The position numbers were made by a program, and so were the translations under genes. A DNA stretch of 63,025 bases, counting the filler, from Lenisia limosa (lineage: Eukaryota > Protista > Breviatea), in NCBI GenBank assembly GCA_001655205.1. It is 11 parts of 11 records of this genome, joined end to end, with 100 filler letters (N's around TTAATTAATTAA, not from the genome) between each part and the next. Parts side by side here need not be neighbours in the genome. Positions count along the whole stretch, not along the records: positions 29,845 to 46,824 come from LPNZ01009266.1; 10 more parts are not named here. One strand, 5' to 3'. The notes beneath the pieces are model-generated. The model made no database searches. It had not been told where the DNA came from and saw only the letters and a program-made list of their open reading frames with translations. Below, in pieces: positions 30,525-45,000 of this stretch. Position 1 is the first letter of the stretch, and the number at the start of each line of letters is the position of its first letter.

Positions 30525-33500
30525 ATGAATCTCACGACATTCCTCATTTTCCTGTTGTCAATATCGACTGTGTTTGCGCTCGAGCCGTTTTCACAAAGCC
30601 AGTCTATCTTCAGTGAAAGAGAATCTGTAGGCCACTTATCAATTCAATATCTTTATCTTAATTTCTTGGAATGTATTTGGTAGGATTAACACGTGTAGTG
30701 TGAAACATGTCGCTTTGTGGTGAATGTGGTGTTGACGGTTATGGAGACTAACCGAACCGAGGCTGCCCTGGTTAAAGAATGGAACCACTTGTGCCCGAAA
30801 CTGGCCTCCCGCCCTGCTGCGGTGAGCAAAACCGTGTTTTGAACTATAATTTTGTTTTCATTTTCAATTTAGACCTTTTTTTGGATCTGAGGGTTCAGTA
30901 AAAAATTCTTAAGATTTAACACTGTAGTGTCCCCTAATAGCCAACATGTTTGGCCCGGACCTCTTCAAGGTTTTGGATCGCATAGATCTCGATGATAAAC
31001 TCTGTAAGCCTCGGCCTTTTGCATATTATATATATGTATGTTTGGTGCTTTCCAACTTTAACGTCTCAACCAATAACCTTAACCTATAATTAGGCTATGT
31101 TATTGGAGCGTGTCACAACCAGCCAAAGGCACCCTTCTATGTTTCACCCCAACCCCCAATGACAGGTGTGTTGTGACAAATCGAAGTTCACTTTCGTTCA
31201 AGGAAAATGGATTTTGAGAGTTAGTTGTCTTCATTTGGACTTCTGATACCCTGACTTATCCCTTTCAGAAAAGACCCCCTCGAACTTCCTCGCTGACCTT
31301 CCTATTGTCGTTCTTGCTGACCTTCATCTTGATCCGCTTTATGACGTGGGTTCCTACCATCTTGTATCAGTCCTGATATAACCTCCATCTGATGTTCCAT
31401 TTTCCATGTTTCCTTGCTCCTCCCGAGTATCAAGGGCTTTACTTCATATTGAATGAATTGCTAGATAAACCCCCAATAAATATACATATGATCAATATTG
31501 TTCAGACTTTTGCGTACCGGAATGAAAGCCTACTTAAGCCTCAAGGTTGGATCTGATGCTGACTGCAATTGGCATGATTGCTGTCGCTTTGGCCGCCCCA
31601 CCCAAGGTCAGTACCTCAATTCTATTTCGTCATAATTTTTCTAATTAATTGATATTATTCTTTAAGCTGTTTGTCTCAATGTCACTTGTAAATGTGATTT
31701 TGTTATGAATATCAAAAAAATGAATTCTGGTTTAAAGATGGTTACGTCCATGTTTATCACTCAACATTCAGGTAACATACCAGCCTCGCCATGGGGCGAG
31801 TGGCGCTGTGACATTCCCGTCAGAATGGCTGAGGTAGGTCTTCTGTCTGTGGTACTGGTTATCTCAATTCTTCTACCCTTCATCCGAAATTGGGATTTGA
31901 TTTATGATATCAGGCCTTGGTGAAAGAAGCGTCGGTAGAGGCTGGTAAAAGAGTGGATGGAGACTTCAGCAAGCTACACGTTTTTTGGATGGGAGATGCG
32001 GGTCCCCATGATCAAATGAACAATGTTTGTAGGGGTGATCTAATGAACAATGCTTATGAGTTAAAACGATTTTTTTTGTGATTCATCCTCGTTAATGCAT
32101 GTTCTGTATCCATTTTTCCTTTCAAAAATACGTGATATGCAATTTGACAACTTGCAGACTTTGAAAGAGACCTCAGAAGCTACAATCATAGCAATGGATC
32201 TTATTAAACACTATTTCCCTGGTTCATCTATCTATCCTGTCCTTGGTTTGTTGAGAATCAAACTATTGTTTTGAAAATAATAGCATTAATCATTGACGAA
32301 AATGAAGACTTCTCTTACCCCGCAGGAAACCATGAGTACTTCCCGATGTCATTCTTTGACCCGAAAGAGAAGCCTGAGGCTTTGGCACTCTACAGCCAGA
32401 TCATGGATCCCTTGCTGGAGACTGAGGAGGAGAAAGCGTCCTTCCGGGCTGGCGGAATGTTCACCAGGGTAGTGCGTGAAGGCCTGAGGTGGAGGGGGTG
32501 CTGTGTTGCTGTGTGGTACTGATTATCGCCGCTGTGCAGTAGTATTATCTCTGGCCTCTTTTCAGGGTTATATCTGACCCATTTTCAGGGTTATTACGTT
32601 GAACGGCCAACTTGGTGATATATTTAATATTTGGCATCTTACCTGGGAGTTTGAGGATCCACTCCAAATGGTTTGCGTGGTTCTAGTCTGGGTTGCCTGA
32701 ATGTTTTGAGGAAGGGGTATTTGGGAGGGGTCCAAATATTGGGTTGATGTCTTCTATTTTTGGCTTTACTCTTTAGTTCCCCTACCTTCACGACCAACTC
32801 AGCGAATCATGTGCTGCTAATGAGCAAGTAGGATAAACGTTTCAAACTGACCTTTTTTATTGATCTTCATTTTTCAAAATTGAAATACCCACCTGTAATA
32901 CGTCATCAAATCAAAACGAACGGAATTTTGTTACATTGGTGACCCTGTAGGTAATTATCATGACCCACGTCCCCCTTTTCACTACTGAAATTGGCGTGTA
33001 CCCCTACTACTCCACATCCATCGCCAATATAATGGGGGCCTTCCCCTGTGCACAGATCCTTCTTGCCGGCCACACACATAGTGATGCTGTGGGGGGGGGG
33101 GGGCNNNNNNNNNNNNNNNNNNNNNNNNNNNNNNNNNNNNNNNNNNNNNNNNNNNNNNNNAGGATTTATTGAGAAACAAATCACTGAACTAATTTTGATG
33201 TAAGGTCACAATTTATCTTTTTAGATTCAATATGTTGGTCTCCCGTCTTCCCCCTACCCTGTTATTGGTCAGCCTCAATTGGATTTTATCAAATTATTTT
33301 CCTAATAATATGTTGTATTGTGCAGCGAAATGCAATCATTCTGAAATTTTAATTTACGAAATTAGGGCTTGCGGCTCCAAGTGGAACAACCAGTCAAAAT
33401 CGGAATCCTTCTTTCCGAATCATGACTTTTGACCAGGTTTGGAGCCTTACGGCGCTTGGATCATTCGTACTATTTTCTCTATCTCTCGAGTCAAAGTGAC

Positions 33501-34069
33501 ACATTTTAGGAAAACAAGTTGGCAGGCTACGATACATATCGCACAGAAAACCCACACAACGCTGGAAAGGAACTGGAATGGTGCGCGATCGCGGGGGGAG
33601 GGGGGTTTTTTTCGTTGTAATACCATTCTTATTTCCCCAGGAAATTAGCATACACTGCACCTGATGCTTTTGGCATGAAGAACTTCTCGGTTGAGGAGCT
33701 GTTAGCCTTCCATAAAAGGTAAGAATTCTCAAAATCTTCTGATGCTACTCAACCTCTTGTCACTGTTTAGAATGGCCGACAGTGATGAGGAGTTTGAGAA
33801 GTGGTATTCCGTGGTGTTCTCCTCAGGCAATCCCACCAAGAACTTGTTTAATCATAGCAAAGCAGTGGGGGGGGGGGGACGCNNNNNNNNNNNNNNNNNN
33901 NNNNNNNNNNNNNNNNNNNNNNNNNNNNNNNNNNNNNNNNNNNNNNNNNNNNNNNNNNNNNNNNNNNNNNNNNNNACAATTGAGATATCCAAAGAACTAA
34001 CGTGGGCAGAAAAGACTCTGTGAAATGATGTCAGTATCCATTTACGACTATGTCAAGTGTATGGCCTAA
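30525..34069 (+). CDS. Acid sphingomyelinase-like metallophosphoesterase, secreted, multi-exon
   Basis: Signal peptide MNLTTFLIFLLSISTVFA; motifs DLHLD, DCNWHDCCR, WGEWRCDIP, WMGDAGPHD, YPVLGNHE, MTHVP, GHTHSD, APSGTT...NPSFR, in the order of the SMPD1/SMPDL3 family; ends LCEMMSV...YVKCMA*. Confidence 0.9.
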
Positions 34070-34139
34070 CCCCCTCTATTATTTCGGTGTATTTTCTTAT
34101 TGGTTTGCCTTTTAATACAGGCATTTTCTTGTTTCTCGT

Positions 34140-37100
34140 TCAAAGGACAGCTCCGAAGATACTCTTTCTTGATTTGATCCAAATTACATGATACCGTGGT
34201 TCAACAACTACAAATACCAGCTCAAACAAGCGCCCACATACAGCGACAAATTGTGTCCCATATTGAGATGTCAGGGGGTGGGGGGGGTGAGGACTCAGTC
34301 TGCTTTTGAGCAAATGGACTCGTCCAAAGAAACTGTCTTCCAAATCTAAAAACAAATAAGCACTGAGAAAAATTAGAAAACCAGTGGATAAAAGAATATT
34401 CGAAAGCTCAATCTCATAATATGTTGCACCCACCTGTGCAACTCTTCCAAGGACCTCCCTCGGTATTCGACTCTTTTGCGTTTTGTCGGTTTGCGAGGCT
34501 TGTAGAAGCTGTAACCATCAGTCAAAAGAGTTTCATTGGATTATAATAACGGAATGTCGCACTGTTCTGAGTTTATAAAAAACATATGTACAACATGACA
34601 TCCGCCACATGTTCTGATTATGTTTNNNNNNNNNNNNNNNNNNNNNNNNNNNNNNNNNNNNNNNNNNNNNNNNNNNNNNNNNNNNNNNNNNNNNNNNNNN
34701 NNNNNNNNNNNNNNNNNNNNNNNNNNNNAGCACATGGAAGGGGGAATGAAATGAACACATATAAAGAGGACCCCACATGGGAATGAAGGGTTGAGGGGAC
34801 AAAGGATATTGGTACAGAAAGCAGCAGCAATTGGCGTGCAGCAAAAGAGGGCGTGTTCTGGGGGAGGGAGGTAACATTATGTGTAAGACGATTTAAAATA
34901 CTACTCTATGAAGCCACAACGGCTTGAACCACAAACCTCTCCCTCTACAGCATCAGTTTTACTGTTTAGAGACGCCTCGATTAAACGTGTCACCCATTTC
35001 ACTAAAAGGTCAATACAGTAAGATTTAAGGAAGCAAAGAGCAACTCCCGAGTTACCAAGAGGCTGTATGAGGCTTCTGTCGCTCTGGATGATCGCCAGGG
35101 AAATGCCAGCTAAAATGGCGGAAGAGGGGTGGTGCGTGTACATAGCCGGTTGCGAAATGTGATCGAGTGATCTGAAGCATGTAAATTTGTGCTATCAGCA
35201 TGATATTCAAGCTGGTTTAGTTGAAGGAGACAGCTTGTTTATGGCGGAGAATTGAGACTCAAGAAGAACCAATACTACGTCAGACAAAACGCATACGATG
35301 TGGAGATTAGCTGCTTCAGGTCTGGGGTGACTGCACACCGGAAGAAGAGGTCCGAANNNNNNNNNNNNNNNNNNNNNNNNNNNNNNNNNNNNNNNNNNNN
35401 NNNNNNNNNNNNNNNNNNNNNNNNNNNNNNNNNNNNNNNNNNNNNNNNNNNNNNNNNNNNNNNATGCCCCCTACATCAGGCAGGAGAGACTCAGAAAACT
35501 GTGACAGTGCTGCGAGAACGCTATTGTCCCTCAAAAACGTTGAGACACTTTCCCTGGAAGTTGTCTTAGCGAAAGTCTTGGTATGTTTGGCGGTTTCATC
35601 ACACATTCCTTCTCTAACTCAAAATACAATATACTGGTATTATATATGACAGTATGATTTATACACAATATCATATATTATAATCACAGTTAATAATCTG
35701 TTGTAACAGCCCTCACCTCGCCTGTTCATTCTGCTGCACAAGGCCGAAGCTGAGGACCTGAAGAACCGGGGCCATTTGGGCCGGTAGCGAGGACTGCCAA
35801 CAGTGAGAAGGGCAATGCCGGTTAGTGTTCAGGGTTTATCGAGAGTGTATTGACAGACAGAACTCTGTCTAGGGTAGTGGTTATCAAAACGCAACCAGTT
35901 TGTTATTTTGGTTGAGCCAGAAGCCAGCCTCACGCTGAGTAGTCCAGATTTGATGAATTCAATGATGTCATAGCCCCAGATGTTCGGCGTTGTCAAGGCA
36001 GATAGGACTGCCGACGCTACCTTCGGCTCCTGTAATGAGGTTCCTAGGAGGTAAGGAAATAAAACAAGAGCAAAACAAGGAAGGGCTGCCTACCTTTTTC
36101 ATCGTGTGCGGTGAGATGAAGAACAGTATTTATCACGCCACCGATTGCCTCCTCCAAATCAAGCTAACGTGTCATGTGAGCAGAGGGAGATGTAATATAC
36201 CAATTGCGATGCATGTCCCCTCACTTCAGAGATGCCAATTAAGAAATCAAGCAAGTCTGGGACTTCATGGGGGTTCTGAGCCACGCGGAAGGTTACTAGG
36301 TCACAGGCAAGTTGGTGTAAAGATCGGAAGAGAGACTGCAGATAATTATTCGGGGGGGGGGGGGNNNNNNNNNNNNNNNNNNNNNNNNNNNNNNNNNNNN
36401 NNNNNNNNNNNNNNNNNNNNNNNNNNNNNNNNNNNNNNNNNNNNNNNNNNNNNNNNNNNNNNNNNNNNNNNNNNNNNNNNNNNNNNNNNNNNNNNNNNNN
36501 NNNNNNNNNNNNNNNNNNNNNNNNNNNNNNNNNNNNNNNNNNNNNNNNNNNNNNNNNNNNNNNNNNNNNNNNNNNNNNNNNNNNNNNNNNNNNNNNNNNN
36601 NNNNNNNNNNNNNNGACCGCATAGCGGCCGATGATCATGAGGGATTTCGTCAAAGAACTGAGTTCATTAGCTGGGCACTATTGGTAGTATGTATCATCAT
36701 GTCATCTCAAATAGTGTTGCACAATAGCGAATCCAACTATCAAGGCTATTCCTACTTTGGATAAGTCTTCCAAATGTCACAGTTGAGGCAGTCGCCATCA
36801 AGCTCATCTAAGAGCCAGGTAATCTGAAAATGTAAATCCTGGCGAGACACGGCCCCTTCAGTTGTTGTCCAACCTTTTGTGTCACGAGATCCCACGAAGC
36901 CGGTCGTTCATCAATCGCTGCTGGCATGTCCACACCATCATGGTCATATAGAGACGGGGCGGTTGACTCCACATTCCGCACATTCGATTCCGATCTAACT
37001 GACTCTTCTTCTTCGTTTGTAGCGTCAAGGGTCTCATTAGCATCGCCAATGGGGAACTAATCTATTAATGCCCTTTGGCGTTCATTGCAAATCCATCAAA

Positions 37101-38820
37101 ACAGATTTATCAAAGATTATTTCGTGGACCAAGTGACACACAGAAGCTTACAGAGTCCCCAGTATTGGGAGGAATAAGCCGAGAAAGGAGAAAGTGTGCC
37201 AATTCCAGGTTCTTCATTCTGAGAGATAAGATGCGCTAGTTCATATAAACCACTCCAATGCCCACCCCAGTAAGCCAGCACAATAAGCAGGTCCCCAGTG
37301 GATCAGGATTTTTCTACATCCATTGCGGGCCGAGTCCTCCTCCAGGCTCCTTGCCGCCTTTTTGAGGCCTTTCACCACGCCAGCGCTGAGCCAGACGGAG
37401 GGTTGCCAGTCGGAATCTGGGTGGGCAGTCAATCAACAGTCTTCTAAATGATCTCAAAAAGACTCACGAAATATCGACTAACCCCCCCCCCCCTTGATAT
37501 CCCTTAAAGCACATTTACTCAAGATAGTGTCGTTACTTCAGTGACCCCATGTGCCCACCAAGTCCGTTAATTGGATGACCCTCCCATCCATCATGGTCAT
37601 TTTGTGACCCGAGGTCCGCCAAAGAGGTCAGGGGCACCCCAGGGTGCAGCACCGGGTCCAGAAAGAGGGCATCCCTGGATGTTATTACAGGTTCCAAGCC
37701 TTGGCTTCTTGTCTGAGGTATAATACTGAGAATACTGGATCCCCCACTTGGTCTGTTTGAGGCATGATGATGAACCGGAGAAGCTGCGGATATCCCTTCG
37801 AACTGCAGTTTCCAGAGCTATCAGGTCCTCGCGGCAAGCTGGATGATGAATACATGAAAGCAATCAAATAGCAGAAACATTGCATCAGCATGAAGGTCAT
37901 GCAAGAAGACAAACCACAATAGAGTACAGTAATGAATGCCAGACATTACTGTGGTTGTTTAAAACAACAAAGACAATTGGGAAAAGAACCATTGAAAGAA
38001 AAGCCATGTTCAAAAGCCAGTAAGGTTTACATAAGAGCTCCGATACCAATGCGTTAATTGAGCTTCAATAAATATGTAATCATTTACGGTAAGATATCAT
38101 TGAGTGTTTCTGACACCACAGCTTTTGACTTGATATATCATCAAGCATTTCTGTAAAGAAAGTCACGAATGCAGTGAAAATTCCCCTCAAAATGGTCAAA
38201 AAATTAACTTTTATCATATGTAGAAATGAGAAATAAAACCAATAGCTTGGGTTGGAGCAAATAAACAAGTGGAAATAACAAAATATGTTAACATCAAATA
38301 AACAAGTAGAAATTGCAAAATATGTAAATATCAAAAGATAATGTGTTACCAAATAATAAGAGAGCTATCATTATCCAGGGCTTCACTCAGTTCAGATAAT
38401 AAGAGAGCTATCCAGGGCTTCACTCAGTTCAGGGGAAAAATTCATGATTATCGGAGATTCCTTTGAAACTGATCTGATAAGGTGAGCCCATTAGCATGGA
38501 ACATGATTATGCAATCAGCAGACCAGTTGGGTAGGCGCTGTCAAGAAGATTGGCTGCAATGGTGGCATCTCCCCTGGAACATCATTATAATATTCTTCAT
38601 CACTTAAGATGGACTGTGAAAGCAAAATCAAATAGTAATTTCGTTCCCAAAAAAGCTTAAATTGGTAAACCATAAACATTAGTTTAAAACAGCCCAATGC
38701 AGCTAGGAGACGAGCAATATCACTGATCAAACCTTTGTGAGTGCTGGCCAATTGAGGCAGCTGCGGGAAGGGCTCTCAAAAAGGCGCTATACGCTTTTTC
38801 ATCTCCTTTATCAACCATAA
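34140..38820 (-). CDS. Large unidentified multi-exon protein, divergent from WDHD1
   Basis: Several exons join in frame (e.g. CREDLIALETAVRRDIRSF...TK|DALFLDPVLHPG...GWE|DSDWQPSVW; SLFRSLHQLACDLVTFRVAQ); no family recognised; ends approximate. Confidence 0.6.
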
Positions 38821-39038
38821 GGGACAAAAGGGGGACCATAGAGCAGCGCGGGAACCAAGACCATGAGAGATATAGGATTATGTACCAGGGTATCTATATA
38901 GGAGGCAATTTTCAAATGCAGTCCTTTTACGCTAACAAATCGTGAATAAATCTGTTTGTATTTGCTATTTTATCAAGATAAGAGCGGGAGAGAAGACATC
39001 AACACATCCATACATTCCAGGTCGTTTTGGCGCGTAGA

Positions 39039-42000
39039 ATGGAGGCGAAGGTCAACTTCAGCGATGTCCATTCTGTATGAGGACCAAATATCAATATATA
39101 AACAGATTAGCGGCTGCCATCCTTGGTCACTAACTTTGCAGGTTGGATCAGCGTTCGCCGTATTCGCGCCGAAGAGCCTGTTTGTTGGGTGTTATTGCCG
39201 TTTCTTCTCTTCTTCTAATTTTTTTTTATTTGATTTGCATTAAAACCATTAATTTCTTTGATTTCAAAACACATGTTGGTGGAATTCTTCCAATTCATAC
39301 ACTTTCCCCTTTTATAAGCTCTGGGATACATCGCACTTGTTTTTTGTTGGAAACTGCCCTCTGCATGTTGCTGATGTGATTCCCGTAATACAAAGGAATA
39401 AAATTAAATGGATCAGAATCATTGGATTGCTTTAGCTTGAGTGATTTTATGTATTATTTTTGTTTCATACACAATTCCAATTCATCNNNNNNNNNNNNNN
39501 NNNNNNNNNNNNNNNNNNNNNNNNNNNNNNNNNNNNNNNNNNNNNNNNNNNNNNNNNGTCACGAAGTGACCGAAGAAATGGAGTCCCAGTCGGGAATGAC
39601 CCAGACCGAAATGTAGGCGCCGGGACTTAAGGGGAGAGCTTCGTACACTGAATTGCCGATAATTTACCTTTTTTTTTGACAAAACTTTAGTTGCAATGAA
39701 CTATAATATGAGGATCTTTATGATTACACAAATTCTAAACTTGATGGTGTGGTATTCCTTTATTTATTCTGTTTCAATTCATTANNNNNNNNNNNNNNNN
39801 NNNNNNNNNNNNNNNNNNNNNNNNNNNNNNNNNNNNNNNNNNNNNNNNNNNNNNNNNNNNNNNNNNNNNNNNNNNNNNNNNNNNNNNNNNNNNNNNNNNN
39901 NNNNNNNNNNNNNNNNNNNNNNNNNNNNNNNNNNNNNNNNNNNNNNNNNNNNNNNNNNNNNNNNNNNNNNNNNNTGGGAGACTATTCAGAATATGGCCAG
40001 GCTGTGGATACCTGTTATTCTAAGGCCAGGCTGTGGATACCTAATATTCTAAGGCCAGGCTGTGGATATCTATTTTTCTAAGGCCAGGCTGTGGATACCT
40101 ATATTCTAAGGCCAGGCTGTGGATACCTGTTATTCTAAGGACACTAAACAGTTCAGAACGGAGACTATCTTGTTGGCTGCGAAGACGGCTCATGCAGTCG
40201 ATGGAGGTTCTCAAAGAAGGAACTGAAGGTATACTGGGCGATTTATCACCTTTATCCCTTTTGAAATGTTCCCAAATCCATCACTGACACCCCAGAAAGA
40301 GCAGTTGCTTCTTCGTTCAGATAGTGGCATTTCGAGCATCGCTGTTTTAGGCTCCGATATTGCTGTTGGATCTGCGTGGGGGGGGGGGTATTGGAGTTGC
40401 CCATGGTAATGAAAACACTTCTTTATAAATGATTATATCATATATTATATCGATATAGCTCTTATAAATCCTTTTTAGCAGACAGTCCTCCAATGCTAAT
40501 ACTCCAGCAACACCACAGTATACTCCATGTCCCTCAACTCCACAGCCGCTCCGGCCCAATCGGGTATGCTCTCCAACGTCCAGATAAATACATAGTTTTC
40601 TTTATCCTCCTTTTTCTGTTGTATTTTTGCACAGATGAAGTTTATATATTTACCATCAAATTATTTATAATAAAATCAATTACCTACTATATAACATCTG
40701 CTACACTCTTTATTATATACTATGTATTATATTGTACATTTAATGATATTATCATAATTAATATATATATTGTTTTTGATGTAAAGTATGTCATATGTAT
40801 AGTATATGTTGCATGGTGTGGACATATTGTAGTAGTTGTATATTATGCAGATAACTACATGTAGTAGTAGTATCTCATATGATATGGTATAGTATATAAT
40901 TTTAATATTATATATTATATATCGATCATATATTAATAATATGTAAAGATATGTGTTTTAGGGCTTTTCTACTGTCCCTCCCCCGTCATTCCGCTTTTAA
41001 CCTTTCCAGCAATCCATAGCGATTCGATTGTGAAGGTCGCATTTTCCAGAGACGGAAAGAAAAGAGTGGGGGGTCTTGACGGTATCTACATCATTTAAAT
41101 TTACCCTTCCCTTGCTTTAGACTCCCCGTATGTTCAGATAAAAAATTATTGGGAAATTCTACCGATAAGAGCAGAGTGTTCTTGAGAATATTGCCTTTTT
41201 GGAGATTGTTCTTCTGTTTATTCTACAATATTCAGCATCCCAATTGTATTCTTTATTCACCCTCCAAGGCCTCTTCTGACGTTTCCGGTACCTGTCACTT
41301 AGTGGATGTTGAGACTCAGAAAACTCTCCAAACGTTCAATGGACTCAATAAGGAGTGGGGGGGGGGGGGNNNNNNNNNNNNNNNNNNNNNNNNNNNNNNN
41401 NNNNNNNNNNNNNNNNNNNNNNNNNNNNNNNNNNNNNNNNNNNNNNNNNNNNNNNNNNNNNNNNNNNNNNNNNNNNNNNNNNNNNNNNNNNNNNNNNNNN
41501 NNNNNNNNNNNNNNNNNNNNNNNNNNNNNNNNNNNNNNNNNNNNNNNNNNNNNNNNNNNNNNGCTGTCGCTTACGTGTTCAGGGGGTGTTCATTCGACTT
41601 TTCAGACAAGGAGATCTTCATGTGTGGAGAAAATGGTTGGTCCTGAGTTAAGAGACTTTTGTTTGCTTTGGACCATGGAATAGTTGTAGAATCAGCACCA
41701 GCGAGTTTCCTTTAAACGAGGTACCCCTTCTTACTGTTCAGACGTGGATCGTGTCAATATCCACACTGAGCACAAGTCAACAACTCGCCTCCAGCACTCT
41801 GCAGTATGTTCATTGGCGCTTTGATGTCAACTGTCCTTCGTTTCAGTCCCTCTCCCAGGCTGTTGTTTGATAAATCCCACCCTTTTATCTCCAAGTTTAA
41901 ACATGTGCTGGTCAAGTTTATTATCTCTTTTTTTTTTGTTTGTTTGGAGTTTCAGATTACTTGGTTCGTGATTAGAACCTTTACACCAATATTGTTCATC

Positions 42001-45000
42001 GAAAGTTCTTTTGTTTTACCGCAGCCAGGCCCCCACATGTCTCAGCATTTCGCCCTGCAACCGCTACCTGGCTGTTGTGGATCAGGACGGAGAGGTGGAG
42101 CTGCACAATATTAAGAAGAAGGAGATTATTGCAACGTGAGGGTTGCCTGGCATTCACTTCGGTCCCAACCATCTTGATATCTTTATGAACTTTTTTTTAA
42201 TTTTTGGGACGTCCTGAACAAGCCCTTTTTGCCTTAACGCTCTAGGTATCAAAGTATCGACATTGTCACCAACTTCAGCTGGTCTTATGACTCCAGCAGA
42301 ATTGTGATGGTGGGCTCATGCAGTCTTCGCAGAAAGAGAATGAATTATGTACAAGAGTACCAAAGTAAATTGTTGCCGATTTTCTCAGTAATATTCTCTT
42401 TTTCTGATATTTGCACCCCAGATTGACTGGGCTTTTTTCTGTTAAGGGTATGGATTTGCTCTGATCCCCCCCCCCCCAGACCACAGAATCAGGCGCCATT
42501 GGCATTTGGGAGCCAGAAGGCATCGAACAAACCGCTGTGTCAGCTTTTGTAACCGAAGAGGGTTGGGGGGGAGTTGCAAACTGGGAAGTGGATAAAGTTT
42601 TACTTGGATTTGCCCATCACTCTCCAGTTGATGTGGACGATGATGAGGTGACGCCTCCGCCTTCTGAGTATGTCGAGGGGCTGATATTAAAGCGACGGTG
42701 TTGATTATTTGCCAAATGTCTAATTACAGTCATTTTGCCGGCTTTGACAAAGTAGTGATGAGGGAGAGCCTTTGGAAAATGCTGAAATGTCAGAAGACGA
42801 CGACGATGACGTCATCAATAAGGATGATGAGCGACATAGGTGTGTGTGCACATTGTATGCCATATCGTCTCAGATCACGAGATCAGAAAGCAGCAATGGA
42901 GTTATTTAGTTGTTTATCTCAAGGTTATCTTCCTCCTTATTCCAACTGTTTTAGTGATGAAGATGCTGAAACATTTGAACTTCGAATGGCAACACAAGAG
43001 TCAAACAGGTTGAGGAAAGAGAGGTTTGTTCCATCATAATCTTTCACTACCTCATCAACACGATTATCAACATTATTATTCTATTATTATTATGGAGATG
43101 TGACAAATGATAGTGTAGATTACTATTGTTGGAGTATATACATTCATATCATCATATATCTACCATAATGATGTGGACGGCTTTGGCCTGAGAACGCCTT
43201 TCATCTTCTGGAGCTCAACCCTCAGGGAGAGCGGTAATGCAGATGACCCAGACGAGAATGATGATGAGGGTGTGCCTACACGAGATGATCACGACTTTAT
43301 TGAGTTGGGGGGTGGGGGTAATGTGTATGCATATGCATATGCTTTATGCTATATGATACATACATTAGTCTAAGTATTTTCCTTCATCGGCGTTATAAAA
43401 CAGCTTATTTCAAGAAAATCTATCTCTTTATCTTATGAGCTTCTCCATCCCTTGACACAACAGTGACNNNNNNNNNNNNNNNNNNNNNNNNNNNNGGTCG
43501 CAGGAAACGCCGAAAGAAGAAACGCAGCCGTGAGCCCACCGACTGGATTGAAAATGGTGGGGGTGCAGACAGGATAGAAAAGGGGGGTGCAGACAGACCT
43601 TGGTCGAACCTGTTCAGCAGCCATCCTTTTCCTCACTGCGCAGACCGACCTGAGAGGGAAGCAATGGCTGAAACTCTGTTTGACGACATCATTGAAAGTA
43701 GGCTTAGGATGGCAAAGATTATTTACCTGATTGTTGAATTTGGCCTTAAATTCTCTGTTCCCTTCCCATTTCCAACCCCAAGTGGAGAACTTTGAAAAGA
43801 CTAATCTTCCTCCATCATCCTGGATACCTATTTATTTCTTACCGACGCTAACCGTTCAGGCCCCGTGGTGGCGGCTGAATTGCCGAAGCCCGTCACGGCA
43901 TTCATGCCAAGCTCAACTTCTGGCGTGAAGAGGAGGTACAAAGGCTTTCTCAGAATAATGTGCTGAATTAAGACTAGTTTACATACCCTCTACACCTATA
44001 ATCCCCAGGTACCTGGAGTGGAACCACATTGGTATGGTGACGAGTCGCAATGATGGGTCGCACCACACTGTCGAGGCCACCTTCCATGACCCGGACTTCA
44101 ATCGGCCCATCCGTATCACTGACCATGCTGGTTACGACTGCGGCTCTATGAGTGGGGAGTGTTATGATCTCTGTAAAAGGTGGCGAATAATAGCGTATCT
44201 CTAAGCATCTTTCGGAAATGGCACCATTATTCGTTCAAGTTACTGAAACTGAATTGGAATGCCCACTCACACCCCAGGCGAAGCGGGGCTCCTGCTTTCC
44301 TCTCCTCAGAACGCGACCAACCCATCCACTATCTCTTTCCGCCCGTTCAATGCATGGTGGGGGTAAAGCTTCGACATCACCAGATTGTTGTTAGCGTTTA
44401 TATTGGTATTGTTACCCCCCTCCTTTTTTTTGTGTTAGTGCCAATTTTTAAGTTTATTTATTGGTATACCTTGAATAAATATTGATATATTTTGCCATCA
44501 TTTTCTAACCGCATCTTCAGGTCGGCGGGCTCGGACTGGAACATCCAGTTACCGAGAGGCGAGGTTGTGACCCTTCTTGCTGCCGGCGTGGGGTGGCTCG
44601 CCGCTGCCACCAACNNNNNNNNNNNNNNNNNNNNNNNNNNNNNNNNNNNNNNNNNNNNNNNNNNNNNNNNNNNNNNNNNNNNNNNNNAAAATATTATGTG
44701 TTCTGAACCAGGCCTTTTAATTGCATATCAGTTTTCATTTCTTCCCCAGCTCCGCGTGATATCCCCGGGAGGCGTGCAAACGGCCATAGTCAGCTTGCCT
44801 GGAGTACCCGTTTCAATTGCGGGCCATGGCGCAAGGCTGCTCATTGCGTACAGCACTAATATGTCTTTTGAAGGTAGGCAGGGGGACATTGGACATACTC
44901 TGAAAGAGGCAAGTTTTGAGATCAACGCTGAATTGCTGGGTTTTTGCTGAGTTCTTAATACGATGTGTGTGTTGCCATGTTTACTTCATACGCATCGCTG

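Noticed and set aside
39995-40140. CRISPR-like array (also 49207-49456)
   Set aside because: Head-to-tail units without unique spacers inside eukaryotic introns; no cas genes.
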